A DNA stretch of 64,000 bases from the IMG/VR virus record IMGVR_UViG_3300023235_000008, positions 1 through 64,000 of that record; one strand, given 5' to 3'. The notes beneath the pieces are model-generated. The model ran no database searches. It was not told the DNA's origin and saw only the letters and a list, made by a program, of their open reading frames with translations. Each line of letters starts with the position of its first letter. Positions within the stretch are counted from its first letter, which is position 1. The position numbers and the translations under genes were made by a program. This document shows, one piece after another, positions 8,016 to 18,374 of this stretch.

Positions 8016-8196
8016 GTAAGCAGGAATTTTGGGATGCACACAACCAACACAAAGGGGTTGTGATAACTGTAAGTATAATAAAAGAATAAATGGGGGGATT
8101 TACTCAGTATGTAAGCGACCAAACCAAGTCTACGCCTGTGTTGGATTTTATGGAAAAAAATCGCAATGGGAATGGGATGGTAAGAACTATGGGTAA
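8012..8196 (+). pseudogene. Frameshifted KEFW cassette
   Basis: MSKQEFWDA, then a shift to TQPTQRGCDNC...C...C...QWEWDGKNYG*. Confidence 0.75.
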
Positions 8197-8211
8197 GATA
8201 AATACATTATA

Positions 8212-9441
8212 ATGTTATTAAATGATTTACTATTAGAATATAAAGAAGGCAAGAACCAGCACCTTCATCACGTTGAAGACATTGTATTTCACGAGGGTAA
8301 TGCTGGTGCACGTATTGCATTAAACTATATTGATAGCGTTCGTCAACTATTAGCACAGGGTGGTAACAGGCACGAAAGCATATCGGTTAAGTGGGATGGT
8401 GCGCCAGCTATTATATGTGGCATTGATCCTGCTGACGGTGAGTTTTTTGTTGGCACGAAGAGTGTATTCAATAAGACTGGTGGCAAGTTGATTAAGTCAC
8501 GTTCTGATTTAAAGAAGTATGGTTACGAGGGTGAGTTAGCAAACAAACTTATGTTAGCATTGACGCATTTATCCAAGTTAGGCATCACTGGTGTGTTACA
8601 GGGTGATATGATGTATACCCGAGATGATCTTGAGACAAAGACATTTGGTGGTGAAGAATACCTTATGTTTCAGCCTAATACGATTACGTATGCTGTTCCT
8701 ATTAATAGCGACGTTGCGAAGACTATGCGTAGATCGAAGATTGGTATTGTATTTCACACACGTTACAGTGGCGACAGCATTGGTGAAATGACGGCGGAAT
8801 TTGGTGCTAGTATTTCGGGATTGAATAGTGTATCGGATGTATGGTATGATGATGCATCTTACAAGGATTTGACTGGCATTGCATCATTAACCAAGGCGGA
8901 GAACGATAAACTTATCAGTGATATAGCGGCTACCAAACGTGCTATTAAGATTGCGAAGTTTGATGCATTGAAGAGTCAATATAGTCCATTGCTTATGACG
9001 TTTGTTAATAGTCGTATTCGTAAGGGTGATGATCAGGTTGCACATCCGCATGATTTTGCAGAAGGTTTCACTAAATGGTATGCGGCACGATTGATGCATG
9101 AGATTAGCAAATTAAAGAATCAAGACCCTGATGCGAAGCCTGTTCAGAATCGTATGAAGAAGATTGAAGAACAGAAGGAATACATGAAGCGTAATTTTAA
9201 GGGTATTATTGCTGGGTTAATGGTTTACAAGGATTTGATTGTTTTAAAGAATCAGTTATTAAACAAACTGAATAAGATTGATACGATGAAAAGTTTAGTA
9301 AAGACGGATGATGGTTACAAGGTAGTTAATCCCGAGGGGTTTGTTGCTATTGGTGCCGCTGGTGGGGCGATTAAATTAGTTGATCGTATGAGCTTTTCTA
9401 AAATGAATTTTGATGCAGCAAAAGACTGGAAAAAGACGTGA
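8212..9441 (+). CDS. Conserved T4-like phage protein (DUF6267-like)
   Basis: KNQHLHHVED, SVKWDGAPAIICG, FFVGTKSVFNK, VLQGD, FQPNTITYAVP, PEGFVA, IKLVDRMSFS; late promoter ATAAATA just upstream. Confidence 0.85.
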   Translation: MLLNDLLLEYKEGKNQHLHHVEDIVFHEGNAGARIALNYIDSVRQLLAQGGNRHESISVKWDGAPAIICGIDPADGEFFVGTKSVFNKTGGKLIKSRSDLKKYGYEGELANKLMLALTHLSKLGITGVLQGDMMYTRDDLETKTFGGEEYLMFQPNTITYAVPINSDVAKTMRRSKIGIVFHTRYSGDSIGEMTAEFGASISGLNSVSDVWYDDASYKDLTGIASLTKAENDKLISDIAATKRAIKIAKFDALKSQYSPLLMTFVNSRIRKGDDQVAHPHDFAEGFTKWYAARLMHEISKLKNQDPDAKPVQNRMKKIEEQKEYMKRNFKGIIAGLMVYKDLIVLKNQLLNKLNKIDTMKSLVKTDDGYKVVNPEGFVAIGAAGGAIKLVDRMSFSKMNFDAAKDWKKT

Positions 9442-10064
9442 GTGACGTTTCGCATTTACGCAAACTAATGAGTTCGGTTGATAAGCCGAAGCGTATTGTT
9501 GCGATTTATCCGGGACGTTTTCAGCCATTTCATTTGGGACACGCAGCAGTATATAATATTGCGAAAGAGAAATACGGTGAATGTTATATTGCTACGTCTG
9601 GTAGTTTAGATATAAAATCGCCATTTACATCGGAACACAAGCGAATAATGATGATGCGTTCTGGTATTCCTATTGATAAGATTGCGGTATGTCGTCAGCC
9701 TTATATGCCTATTGAAATATTACAGAACTTTAATCCGCAATATGATTCTGTTGTATTTTTCATCGGTGAGAAGGATATGGCATCTGATCCACGTTTTCAA
9801 TTTAAACCCACTAAGTCTGGTAAGCCTAGTTATTTCCAGCCTTGGGTAAATGATGATACGCTTGATACTTTTAATAATCAGGGATACATACGTGTTGTGC
9901 CTACGATTGATTTTACTGTAAATGGACAGTTGATGCGTTCTGCCAGTGAATTCCGTAGCATGTTTGCGAAGGCGGATAATGCTGCACAGACGGTGATGGT
10001 AACAGATATGTATGGTGTATATGACGGACAAATCCATAATATTATGAAAAACCGCTTGACATAA
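9438..10064 (+). CDS. Cytidyltransferase-like (HIGH) nucleotidyltransferase
   Basis: YPGRFQPFHLGH motif; SASEFR near the C-terminus. Confidence 0.8.
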   Translation: MSDVSHLRKLMSSVDKPKRIVAIYPGRFQPFHLGHAAVYNIAKEKYGECYIATSGSLDIKSPFTSEHKRIMMMRSGIPIDKIAVCRQPYMPIEILQNFNPQYDSVVFFIGEKDMASDPRFQFKPTKSGKPSYFQPWVNDDTLDTFNNQGYIRVVPTIDFTVNGQLMRSASEFRSMFAKADNAAQTVMVTDMYGVYDGQIHNIMKNRLT

Positions 10065-10089
10065 TTTCAAAAATAGCTATACTACAAGT

Positions 10090-10767
10090 ATGGCAAATTT
10101 ACACCCCGACGCAAACTTTATTACGGAACTTTCATTATTACTTGATTCGGTAAACGAACAGTATGTTGCTTTTTTGTCTGACAATAACAATGTTGATGAC
10201 CCGACTGAACTTGCTGATATTATGAACAGTATGTTTGAAGTGTATGATATGGATCATATCTACGTAGACGTTGGTTCAGCGACGTGTGTAACTGCGGTTG
10301 ATTGGTATATCCAGAATGCTGTTGTTGATGGTGATGGAGAGATAACGATTATGCTAGACCCATCGTCAATTAACGGTTATTGGGGTCCAGCAACTTTTAA
10401 AGATGTTGTCTTAAAGACGCTTGAACACGAAGACATTCATATGCGCCAGCGGGATCGCATGGGTGTTAATAAGTATAACAGCATTCCGAGCGGTTATATG
10501 AAGGGTGTTTTGAAAGCAGCCGAAACTGGTAATCAAAATGATATGAAGCGTATGTATTTTCGTGATCCACAGGAGTTGATGGCGCACGGACACGATATAT
10601 ATCGTGAGTTACAGCGTTTAGATAATCCACAGGAAGCGTTACGTAATCCAGAGAGTTTTCGTAATGATTTACCAACGTATGATAAGCATCGTGCGATTTT
10701 CCCACCAAATGCAAAACCATTGCAGCGGTTGTTAGGGTATGCTGCACGTTATTTCGAGTATGCATAA
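10090..10767 (+). CDS. HExxH (zincin-like) hypothetical protein
   Basis: LEHEDIHMRQ and QELMAHG; leaderless promoter at 10056-10083. Confidence 0.65.
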   Translation: MANLHPDANFITELSLLLDSVNEQYVAFLSDNNNVDDPTELADIMNSMFEVYDMDHIYVDVGSATCVTAVDWYIQNAVVDGDGEITIMLDPSSINGYWGPATFKDVVLKTLEHEDIHMRQRDRMGVNKYNSIPSGYMKGVLKAAETGNQNDMKRMYFRDPQELMAHGHDIYRELQRLDNPQEALRNPESFRNDLPTYDKHRAIFPPNAKPLQRLLGYAARYFEYA

Positions 10768-11030
10768 TGAGTGAACTCGACGCAGATATATTTGGTAACA
10801 AGTTTTGGTGGATGGATGATAAACTTCACAGAGAAGATGGACCTGCTGTTGAATATCCAAATGGCAACAAGTTTTGGTATCTTGATGATAAACTTCACAG
10901 AGAAGATGGACCTGCTGTTGAATATCCAAATGGCAACAAGTTTTGGTATCTTCATGGACATGAAGTTACTATGGAAGATGTTATAACCGATCCAAAAGAA
11001 CGATTTTGGTGGAGAATGAAAAGTGACTGA
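10767..11030 (+). CDS. HRxDGPA repeat protein, 2 repeats (isolated copy)
   Basis: Two exact 69-bp repeats; tail VTMEDVITDPKERFWWRMKSD. Confidence 0.9.
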   Translation: MSELDADIFGNKFWWMDDKLHREDGPAVEYPNGNKFWYLDDKLHREDGPAVEYPNGNKFWYLHGHEVTMEDVITDPKERFWWRMKSD

Positions 11031-11412
11031 AAGGATATAACAAATGTGGTCGAATAGTAACGAAATCAAAATACATGATACGCCAACACCGAGAGGCGGA
11101 TATATCCGTGGGTATGTAGCCAAGTGGAAAGGTCATACTGAAACGATGGAAGGCACATCACGCAAGACGTATTGGACGTGGCGCATTGATATTAAGTGAG
11201 TAGCGGTGTGCGTATTCAGAACTTTGGTGAAGGTCGCAATGATTCGACACCGATGGCACAATCACGGCATCATGGTTCAAAGAAACGTGCGGTTGATGAT
11301 ATGCGATCCGCGATGAATGAAATGAAACTATTATCTTGTTGTAAATTTTAGACTTGACATCTACGTTGGATGTGGTATTGTGTATGTATCAGATTAATCA
11401 AGGAGAGATATT

Positions 11413-11634
11413 ATGGGTATGACATTTGCACCTGACACATCATTCAACTGGTCACAGCCACGTGAAGTTAGCACAAACTGTGCCAATGCCGCTATCACGA
11501 TTGTTGAGTTCGGCAAGCTGGGCTGGAAAGCATTTATTAACGATGGCGTTCCATTCTTTTCAGAGCCTATGCCAAAAGCCGAGTTGATTCGTCACCTTGA
11601 ATCATCCTTTCCCTTTACGGTGAAAGTACGATGA
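11413..11634 (+). CDS. Hypothetical early protein
   Basis: TTGACA promoter at about 11354 and an AAGGAG SD. Confidence 0.7.
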   Translation: MGMTFAPDTSFNWSQPREVSTNCANAAITIVEFGKLGWKAFINDGVPFFSEPMPKAELIRHLESSFPFTVKVR

Positions 11635-11819
11635 CCCTTTTTATTCGAGCGTGTCAAATCCGCAAATCCTGTAAGACAACAGAGCAAGAGCTTACTGCTC
11701 TAAGATACGCAATGTTGGCGATGGAACGGGAATTAACCACAGTCGGACACGGATTTTTTGCAGATCATGAGACACATATCCGCATTCTGCGAAAATATAG
11801 AACATTACTAGTTGACTGA
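11631..11819 (+). CDS. Hypothetical protein
   Basis: ATGA-coupled 62-aa ORF. Confidence 0.55.
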   Translation: MTLFIRACQIRKSCKTTEQELTALRYAMLAMERELTTVGHGFFADHETHIRILRKYRTLLVD

Positions 11820-11869
11820 ATACTATATGTGTGTTATATATAATCATAATCAATGAAAGGCGAGATGAC

Positions 11870-12031
11870 ATGAAGTTTTACACATATAATGCAGATTTTT
11901 CCGATGGTAAGAAAATGACCATGGAGACAGGCGCAAAGATTACGGAAGCAAAACGTAGCATGGCGTTCGAAGCAGCAAGTCGTGGCACTAAACTGATGAA
12001 GTTTGTGAAGGTAAGTGAACGGAATTTATGA
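11870..12031 (+). CDS. Hypothetical early protein
   Basis: Upstream promoter-like signals and GAAAGG; start MKFYTYNA. Confidence 0.6.
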   Translation: MKFYTYNADFSDGKKMTMETGAKITEAKRSMAFEAASRGTKLMKFVKVSERNL

Positions 12032-12504
12032 AAAAGCTATTATCAATTAAAGTTACTTCAAAACTATTCGCTAAGTCCGAAGCAGAGGACTGGGCGAATC
12101 ATGCTGTATCTTTAGTTGATCCCGGACATAGTGTCCCTGAGTTTGATTGTCGGCATCATGTCGGTTTCTTTGAAGATCACGAAGATGCTAATGACAGCAA
12201 TGCACCTGTTTTAAATGACGTTGCCGCCGCATTGGATTTTGGTTTAAAGTTTGAAGATGGTGATAATGTATTGGTTCATTGTCATGGTGGGATTTGTCGT
12301 TCTACTGCGATGGCTATGCTGTTTCACATTCAAGCAGGGTTTACGCCCAAAGAAGCATTGAAGCGTGTTGAACGCAACCGTCCACAAATGTGGCCAAATA
12401 CTTTAGTAGTCGCATTAGGTGATGAAATATTAGGATTAGATGGCGCAGCTATTCGTGCGCTTGATGATTTCATTGAAGAAAACGATGGCAAAATTGTCTG
12501 GTAG
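12028..12504 (+). CDS. Protein-tyrosine/dual-specificity phosphatase-like protein
   Basis: CX5R motif VLVHCHGGICRSTA; RPQMWPN. Confidence 0.85.
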   Translation: MKKLLSIKVTSKLFAKSEAEDWANHAVSLVDPGHSVPEFDCRHHVGFFEDHEDANDSNAPVLNDVAAALDFGLKFEDGDNVLVHCHGGICRSTAMAMLFHIQAGFTPKEALKRVERNRPQMWPNTLVVALGDEILGLDGAAIRALDDFIEENDGKIVW

Positions 12505-12513
12505 GAGATAGAA

Positions 12514-12723
12514 ATGATGACGATTGAAAAACTAATTGAGTTATACGAAAAAGAGTTGGTTGATAATAAAAACTATATCAAGACTTTATATGATGACGAA
12601 GATGCAGAAGAACTAGCTGCCGCATACTCTGAAAAAGAGATGTTGAATCGTATCATTCAAGACTTGAAAAGGGTTAACCAACCAACGAGATGGACTGAGG
12701 GCGAGTTAGGTCTGGAGTATTAA
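12514..12723 (+). CDS. Hypothetical protein
   Basis: AGGAG SD; acidic helical ORF. Confidence 0.65.
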   Translation: MMTIEKLIELYEKELVDNKNYIKTLYDDEDAEELAAAYSEKEMLNRIIQDLKRVNQPTRWTEGELGLEY

Positions 12724-12974
12724 TGAAAATCCGTGAACACTATTCGGTTCGTATCATTGACTTTGTGTGTGACCGTGATGAAAAAGAAATCATTCATGAT
12801 ATGATTTCGGATATCATTATGGACGACAAAATCGCAAGGGTAGTTCGTTCTGGGCCGCTTGTTGATGGTAATAAGATTATGCCCGGTAAGTTTCATTACA
12901 TCGTTCACATTGATAGTGAAGCTGCTGACGCCTTTATAAAATCCCTTAAAAAAATGGCAAATACCTTTGAGTGA
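12723..12974 (+). CDS. Hypothetical protein
   Basis: TAATG-coupled ORF. Confidence 0.65.
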   Translation: MKIREHYSVRIIDFVCDRDEKEIIHDMISDIIMDDKIARVVRSGPLVDGNKIMPGKFHYIVHIDSEAADAFIKSLKKMANTFE

Positions 12975-13308
12975 AAAAGATAATTTTTGGAATGCGTTGC
13001 GAATGCCACATGATTTGGATAGGCATTGTGTGAACTGTGCCGTCCCGCCACTTGCCGAGAATGGCATAAGCACGGGTTATTATGGATGCGTGATATCTGA
13101 ATCCTGCACAGCGCCACACCGATGCGTATTGCATCCAACAGAAACTGTGTTAACCAACGATAAAAATAATATAATATCTAGTGTAGAGGAATATATTGAA
13201 TATCAGTTAGCTGCATGGGAAGAAACGGTGAAAACATTCCCAAGCAAGAAGCCACCCGGCACAATACCATTTGAAAACTATTGGGAATGGAATGGCGATG
13301 ATGATTAA
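12967..13308 (+). CDS. KEFW-CxxC cassette-family protein (long, 113 aa)
   Basis: MSEKDNFWNALRMP...CVNC...C...C...C...YWEWNGDDD. Confidence 0.8.
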   Translation: MSEKDNFWNALRMPHDLDRHCVNCAVPPLAENGISTGYYGCVISESCTAPHRCVLHPTETVLTNDKNNIISSVEEYIEYQLAAWEETVKTFPSKKPPGTIPFENYWEWNGDDD

Positions 13309-13343
13309 TAAAACCATATCAAGTGTAAAACGATAAATATCAT

Positions 13344-14903
13344 ATGCGTAGTACACTAGTTATGGGTTGGATGTCCCTTGCAATGTCCTTATTGATTGCG
13401 GGTTGTGCCGCCTATTTTAGTATCACCGGATTGGCGGCACTATTTGCGGCTGCGCTTGTGCCTGTTATTATTATGGCAACAGTTCTTGAGTTTGGTAAAG
13501 TAAGCGCAACCTTCTTTCTACACCGATTCTGGGATGATTTGCCCGGTCAGTTAAAATACCCCCTTACGATAATGGTCGTTATTCTTATGGTTATTACCAG
13601 TATGGGTATCTTTGGTTTCTTATCAAAAGGTCACCTAGAACAAGAAGCACCAGCTGAAATAGGTGGGTTACAGATTGAACGAATTGACCAACAAATCAAT
13701 CGTGAGAAGGATACCATTTCACGCCAAGAGGAACGTTTATTGCGATTACAAGGCATTGTCGATGCGCTTATTAAGTATGACCGCATACGTGGAGCAGATG
13801 GCGCAGATGCCACACTTGAAAAGCAACAGCCAGAACGTAAAGTGATTCAAACAAGCGTCGATGAAGCATACGAACGCATTAATACCCTACAAGAAAAAAG
13901 ATTACCATTGCAATCAGAGGTAAGTAGTATTGAAGCCAAGCTTGGACCTATCAAATACGTAGCTGAGTTGTTTGGCTATGACTTGGTTACTGATCCTGAT
14001 GGTAAGGGCAAGGCTGTTCGTATTGTTATTGTTATGTTTATGCTGGCATTTGACCCATTGGCTATTTGGCTTGTTATGGCGGCGGATTGGGCATTTATGC
14101 GCCACCGTAAAGAACGTGATGCATTTAATGATGAAGAAATAAAAGAAATAAAGGAAATTGAATATAAACTTGTTGGCGATGTAACGGAACTTGAAACCGC
14201 ACTTGTTGATGTTTATAATGAATTGGAGGAAAAAGAAATGGAACTTAAAGAATATATGGCAGTCCTAGAAGAATTGGGACGCATCATTGACGAGAAACCA
14301 ACCGAGGTTGAAAAGATTATTGAGATTGAAGATACAGCAAAGATTGAAGAAATGAATGCTGATATCAATGGTTTAACTAGTTTAAAGCATTCTATGGAAC
14401 AAGAGCTTGATACCCTGCGTTCCAGTTTGCTAACGAAAGAACAAGTTACGACAGAACTACAACAAGCGTTAGGAGAAATCCGCAATCAACTTAATATGAT
14501 TCAGCAAGAAAATAATACGCTTCGTAAAGAGATTGATGCACGTGATGGTGCTGTGCTTAACCTAAACAAGAAGTATAATCTTGTTGAAAAAATCCCCGGT
14601 ATGCTTGCCCGTCCTGACAGCGTAGCTAAAAACACACCGTCATTCGGCACCGAGTTTCCAGCATCCCCAACATTAGACCAGACATTTTTACGTGTTGATG
14701 AAATGCCAAGTAAACTATATCGTTATGATGGTTCACGTTGGTTGGAAGTTATCAAAGACGAAAGTGTTTTGTATGATGAAAAGTATCTACAGCACCTTAT
14801 CAGTGAACTTGGTGATGGCAAAGTCGCACTTGACGATTTAAGTCATAAGGAACAATCTGAGATTCAGAGCTTATTGAGTAAAGAGGATGTTCTTGGAAGA
14901 TAA
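13344..14903 (+). CDS. Membrane-anchored coiled-coil protein
   Basis: Four N-terminal TM helices (AAYFSITGL, LEFGKV, TSMGIFGFLSKGH), LGPIKYVAEL, FDPLAIWL, then a long coiled coil; late promoter upstream. Confidence 0.85.
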   Translation: MRSTLVMGWMSLAMSLLIAGCAAYFSITGLAALFAAALVPVIIMATVLEFGKVSATFFLHRFWDDLPGQLKYPLTIMVVILMVITSMGIFGFLSKGHLEQEAPAEIGGLQIERIDQQINREKDTISRQEERLLRLQGIVDALIKYDRIRGADGADATLEKQQPERKVIQTSVDEAYERINTLQEKRLPLQSEVSSIEAKLGPIKYVAELFGYDLVTDPDGKGKAVRIVIVMFMLAFDPLAIWLVMAADWAFMRHRKERDAFNDEEIKEIKEIEYKLVGDVTELETALVDVYNELEEKEMELKEYMAVLEELGRIIDEKPTEVEKIIEIEDTAKIEEMNADINGLTSLKHSMEQELDTLRSSLLTKEQVTTELQQALGEIRNQLNMIQQENNTLRKEIDARDGAVLNLNKKYNLVEKIPGMLARPDSVAKNTPSFGTEFPASPTLDQTFLRVDEMPSKLYRYDGSRWLEVIKDESVLYDEKYLQHLISELGDGKVALDDLSHKEQSEIQSLLSKEDVLGR

Positions 14904-15270
14904 TATTACGATTGTAACTTCACCTAACTATTTTTACGGCGACCAGCCTAGTCTGATGCTATTCGATGTATCGGGCGCTGATATTAAACTTATAATCGAA
15001 CTTATAATGGAAGCTAATCTTGTAATGAGCCTTCATTTATGTTATAATGGTAAATCCGATAGGGAATGGTTACTAAATACCGCAAGGCAATGCGACCGTG
15101 TGATAGTTAATTTAGAAAATCATACCCTAATCAAAGGATTTATATTGAATCATAAGAACGTTTCGTACTATAATAGTGATAATGATATTACGTCATTGAA
15201 CACCAACGAGTTAACCGATCCCCTAGATTATATAATGAGGTTTGTAAATGAGCAAAGACAAAGACAGTGA
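14887..15270 (+). CDS. Hypothetical protein
   Basis: Overlap-coupled ORF preceding clpX. Confidence 0.7.
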   Translation: MFLEDNITIVTSPNYFYGDQPSLMLFDVSGADIKLIIELIMEANLVMSLHLCYNGKSDREWLLNTARQCDRVIVNLENHTLIKGFILNHKNVSYYNSDNDITSLNTNELTDPLDYIMRFVNEQRQRQ

Positions 15271-16504
15271 TAAGACTAAAAACTTAGAATGTGATTTCTG
15301 CGGCAAGAATCGAAATGAAGTAGATAAACTCATTGTCGGTAATGAAACAAGCATTTGTAACGAATGTGTTGATCTTTGTCACGACATATTAGAAGATGAT
15401 CGTTATGCTAAGATAAAGAAATCTCTTATCAGCAAGGATCATCTTAATCCCATCATGATTAAAGCACACCTTGACCAATACGTAGTGTCACAAGACAATG
15501 CTAAAATCGCATTAAGTGTAGCCGTAGCCAATCATTTTAAACGTATCAATCACCCACCAAAAGACTTGAAAATCGAAAAATCAAACATTATGATTGCAGG
15601 TCCGACTGGCAATGGTAAGACGATGCTGGCACGTGCTATTGCAGAGTATCTTGAAGTTCCATTCGTTATCACCGATGCGACAACCTTAACCGAGGCGGGT
15701 TATGTCGGTGATGATGTAGAAAGTATCGTGTCACGATTGTTACATGTTGCTGGTGGTGACATAGAAAAGGCACAGAATGGTATTATCTTTATCGATGAGA
15801 TTGATAAGATTGCACGTAAAGGTGAAAATGCCAGTATTACACGTGATGTTAGTGGAGAAGGCGTTCAGCAAGCATTATTGAAGCTTGTAGAAGGCACTGA
15901 GTGTCGCATTGCCCCGCAAGGTGGACGCAAGCATCCCGGTCAGGATATGGTGAGCGTGGATACACATAACATTTTATTCATTGTTAGTGGAGCATTTGTT
16001 GGCTTGGATAAACTTATTGCTAAACGTCAGAAGCCTACATCAATCGGCTTTGGTGCGTCAGTAAACAAGATGGATGAAGATAATACGCATCTATTGGACC
16101 AAGTTGAGCCACACGATTTTGTAGACTTTGGGCTTATCCCTGAGTTCACAGGTAGATTTCCTGTATTCACAAATGTCCAGCGTTTAACAAGTGAGCAACT
16201 TGTTCATATTATGACCGATACAAAGAACAGTATTGTTGAGCAGTATCAATATTACTTTGATTTACAAGGTGTGTCGCTTGAGTTCACTGAATCCGCATTA
16301 ATGGCTATTGCTGAAAAGGCGGTTACATTGGATACGGGTGCACGTGGCTTGAAGAAGATTATCGAAGATGTTCTATTACATCATCAGTATAATCTATATA
16401 CATATGCTGAAGAAGGTGTGAAAAAACTTATTGTAACTGATGACACAATCATGTATAATGATAGAGTAAAGTTTGTTTATGCTGATAAAGAAGCAAACGA
16501 ATAA
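15248..16504 (+). CDS. clpX: ATP-dependent Clp protease ATPase ClpX
   Basis: Zn-binding CDFCGK..C..C; Walker A GPTGNGKT; [12 protein letters not shown]; IFIDEIDKI; [14 protein letters not shown]; TGARGL. Confidence 0.97.
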   Translation: MSKDKDSDKTKNLECDFCGKNRNEVDKLIVGNETSICNECVDLCHDILEDDRYAKIKKSLISKDHLNPIMIKAHLDQYVVSQDNAKIALSVAVANHFKRINHPPKDLKIEKSNIMIAGPTGNGKTMLARAIAEYLEVPFVITDATTLTEAGYVGDDVESIVSRLLHVAGGDIEKAQNGIIFIDEIDKIARKGENASITRDVSGEGVQQALLKLVEGTECRIAPQGGRKHPGQDMVSVDTHNILFIVSGAFVGLDKLIAKRQKPTSIGFGASVNKMDEDNTHLLDQVEPHDFVDFGLIPEFTGRFPVFTNVQRLTSEQLVHIMTDTKNSIVEQYQYYFDLQGVSLEFTESALMAIAEKAVTLDTGARGLKKIIEDVLLHHQYNLYTYAEEGVKKLIVTDDTIMYNDRVKFVYADKEANE

Positions 16505-16519
16505 CCGGATAGGAAAAAA

Positions 16520-16771
16520 ATGAGAGAGTTTAAAGGAACAAGAATCGACGTTCGTAGTCGTCACGGCGATACGGAAGAACAGCGTGGTCGTGCTATTACA
16601 AATGCGATGCGCAAGTTCAAGAAGATGGTACAGAATGAGAATATCATTCAAGATTATCGTGAAGCACAGTTTTACGAAAAGCCAACAGATAAGCGTCGTC
16701 GTAGAAAGGCAGCAGCCATTCGCCGTTGTCAGAAAGCTGCACAAGAAGCAACATTGGAAAGAGGCTGGTGA
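16520..16771 (+). CDS. rpsU: 30S ribosomal protein bS21
   Basis: AMRKFKK...IIQDYREAQFYEKPTDKRRRRKAAAIRR. Confidence 0.9.
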   Translation: MREFKGTRIDVRSRHGDTEEQRGRAITNAMRKFKKMVQNENIIQDYREAQFYEKPTDKRRRRKAAAIRRCQKAAQEATLERGW

Positions 16772-17022
16772 TGAAAACATTAATCGCAGTAGTGGCATTA
16801 GTAGCCCTTTCGGGTTGTGCTAATAACTTTCCGTTTACTAACGTAGGCGGAACGACAGAGTATGAATATATTGGTTGTCATAAGGTTGATACGCCATCTA
16901 CCGAAGGTGTCTATCAGTTTGGACCACTTGGTGTTCATCCACGTTATGTAGGCAATCGTGTATTCTTTAAGCAGAAGAGTGCTGATGGCACGGTAGCCGA
17001 TACAAACTTGGAAAAATGCTAA
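16771..17022 (+). CDS. Putative lipoprotein
   Basis: Lipobox ALSGC after a hydrophobic signal peptide. Confidence 0.7.
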   Translation: MKTLIAVVALVALSGCANNFPFTNVGGTTEYEYIGCHKVDTPSTEGVYQFGPLGVHPRYVGNRVFFKQKSADGTVADTNLEKC

Positions 17023-17132
17023 TCGAACAATATAGATGTTTGCAATGCAATCATCAATATACTGGTCCAGCGGGACCAACTGGATGTCCTGTGTGTGACC
17101 ATATATATGTTAAATGGGAGAGTTACAAATGA
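17016..17132 (+). CDS. Small zinc-ribbon protein (38 aa)
   Basis: YRCLQCNH...GCPVCDHIYVKW. Confidence 0.6.
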   Translation: MLIEQYRCLQCNHQYTGPAGPTGCPVCDHIYVKWESYK

Positions 17133-17214
17133 CATTCGTAATCGGATTTCTAGTCGGATATTGTGTTCATTGGTTAATATTTGGTAATTGAATATTGTGT
17201 TCACAACTGGCTAA

Positions 17215-17365
17215 GATAAATAATGATGACAACGTGCCATTACGGGCGTTGCAATCGAGGCTTTGGAACATTGTGCCAGCGTAGCAAATCAAGTTCCATT
17301 TTAGTAGGTGCCAAATGGTTTGGGCTTACACACATTACTTGCTTATAACAAAGGAGTATAGCAAA
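17215..17365 (+). ncRNA. ROSE-like RNA thermometer in the hsp20 5' UTR
   Basis: Late promoter GATAAATA, four hairpins; the last pairs UACUU(G)CUU with AAGGAGUA (UUGCU opposite the SD, bulged G at 17341). Confidence 0.75.
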
Positions 17366-17803
17366 ATGAAAACTACACTATCACGCAGAAACTTACCTAA
17401 CTTTCTTGGATTCGACAGTATTTTTAATGAACTGGAACGTGCATCGGGAACTGTTCAATCAACGGCGGGTTATCCGCCATATAACGTAATCAGCGAAAAC
17501 GAAAATGCCTACACGGTTGAAGTCGCAGTAGCTGGTTTCGGGAAAGATGAGGTAACGCTTGAAGAACACAATGGTGAACTTATTATCCGTGGTGTCCTTC
17601 AGAATGAATCAGAATCGGATGAACAACGTAACTATCTACACAAAGGTATTTCAAACCGTAAGTTTGAACGCATCTTTAGACTGGCTGAACACGTTCAAGT
17701 GGCTGGCGCAGTTGTAGAAAATGGTATGTTAACGATTAAGTTGGTTCGTGAGGTTCCCGAAGAACTACAACCACGTACCATTAAGATTGAATACAAAGGA
17801 TAA
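17366..17803 (+). CDS. Small heat-shock protein (Hsp20/IbpA family)
   Basis: GYPPYNV, EVAVAGF, YLHKGISNRKFER, NGMLTIKL, PEELQPRTIKI. Confidence 0.95.
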   Translation: MKTTLSRRNLPNFLGFDSIFNELERASGTVQSTAGYPPYNVISENENAYTVEVAVAGFGKDEVTLEEHNGELIIRGVLQNESESDEQRNYLHKGISNRKFERIFRLAEHVQVAGAVVENGMLTIKLVREVPEELQPRTIKIEYKG

Positions 17804-17822
17804 TCCGTTAGCGAAAATAATG

Positions 17823-17858
17823 AGGGACAGGTGTAAAAGCCTGTCCCTTTTCCTTTTG
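17823..17858 (+). terminator. Rho-independent terminator
   Basis: AGGGACAGG-loop-CCTGTCCCT followed by a T-rich run. Confidence 0.85.
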
Positions 17859-17894
17859 TATAAATACATTATATATGTACATTAAGGACTAGTT

Positions 17895-18374
17895 ATGCAA
17901 AACAATATTCTATTGAAATGGTGGATTCAAACCGTAGTGGTTATGTTCGGTGCCGTTATGGCATCACATCTTGGATGGTGGGAAGCCTTATGGTATGCTG
18001 ACCAAACCAAGATTTCAATGGTAATCATTGCTGTATATCTATTTGCGACCATATCGTGTGGCATCATTGCTAAAAGAAAAGATACTAAGTTTCTGGATAG
18101 ACAAGGCGAGTATGTATGGTTTTCATGTGATGCAATGCTAACGCTTGGAATGATCGGAACGGTTGCTGGTTTTATTATGTTATTTGGCGATGCATTTACT
18201 AACATTGATGTAGAAAATACCGAGAACTTACAGGCTGTTATTGTTGATATGGCAGTGGGTATCGGCACAGCATTAACCACTACGCTTATGGGTCTTATTG
18301 GATACTTGTTAACCAAGCTTCAAATACAGGTTATTGAAAGCAGTTGGGAAGACGATGAAGTATCAGAGAAATAA
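17895..18374 (+). CDS. MotA/TolQ/ExbB-like membrane protein
   Basis: LGMIGTVAGF...GIGTALTTTLMGL TM signature. Confidence 0.75.
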   Translation: MQNNILLKWWIQTVVVMFGAVMASHLGWWEALWYADQTKISMVIIAVYLFATISCGIIAKRKDTKFLDRQGEYVWFSCDAMLTLGMIGTVAGFIMLFGDAFTNIDVENTENLQAVIVDMAVGIGTALTTTLMGLIGYLLTKLQIQVIESSWEDDEVSEK

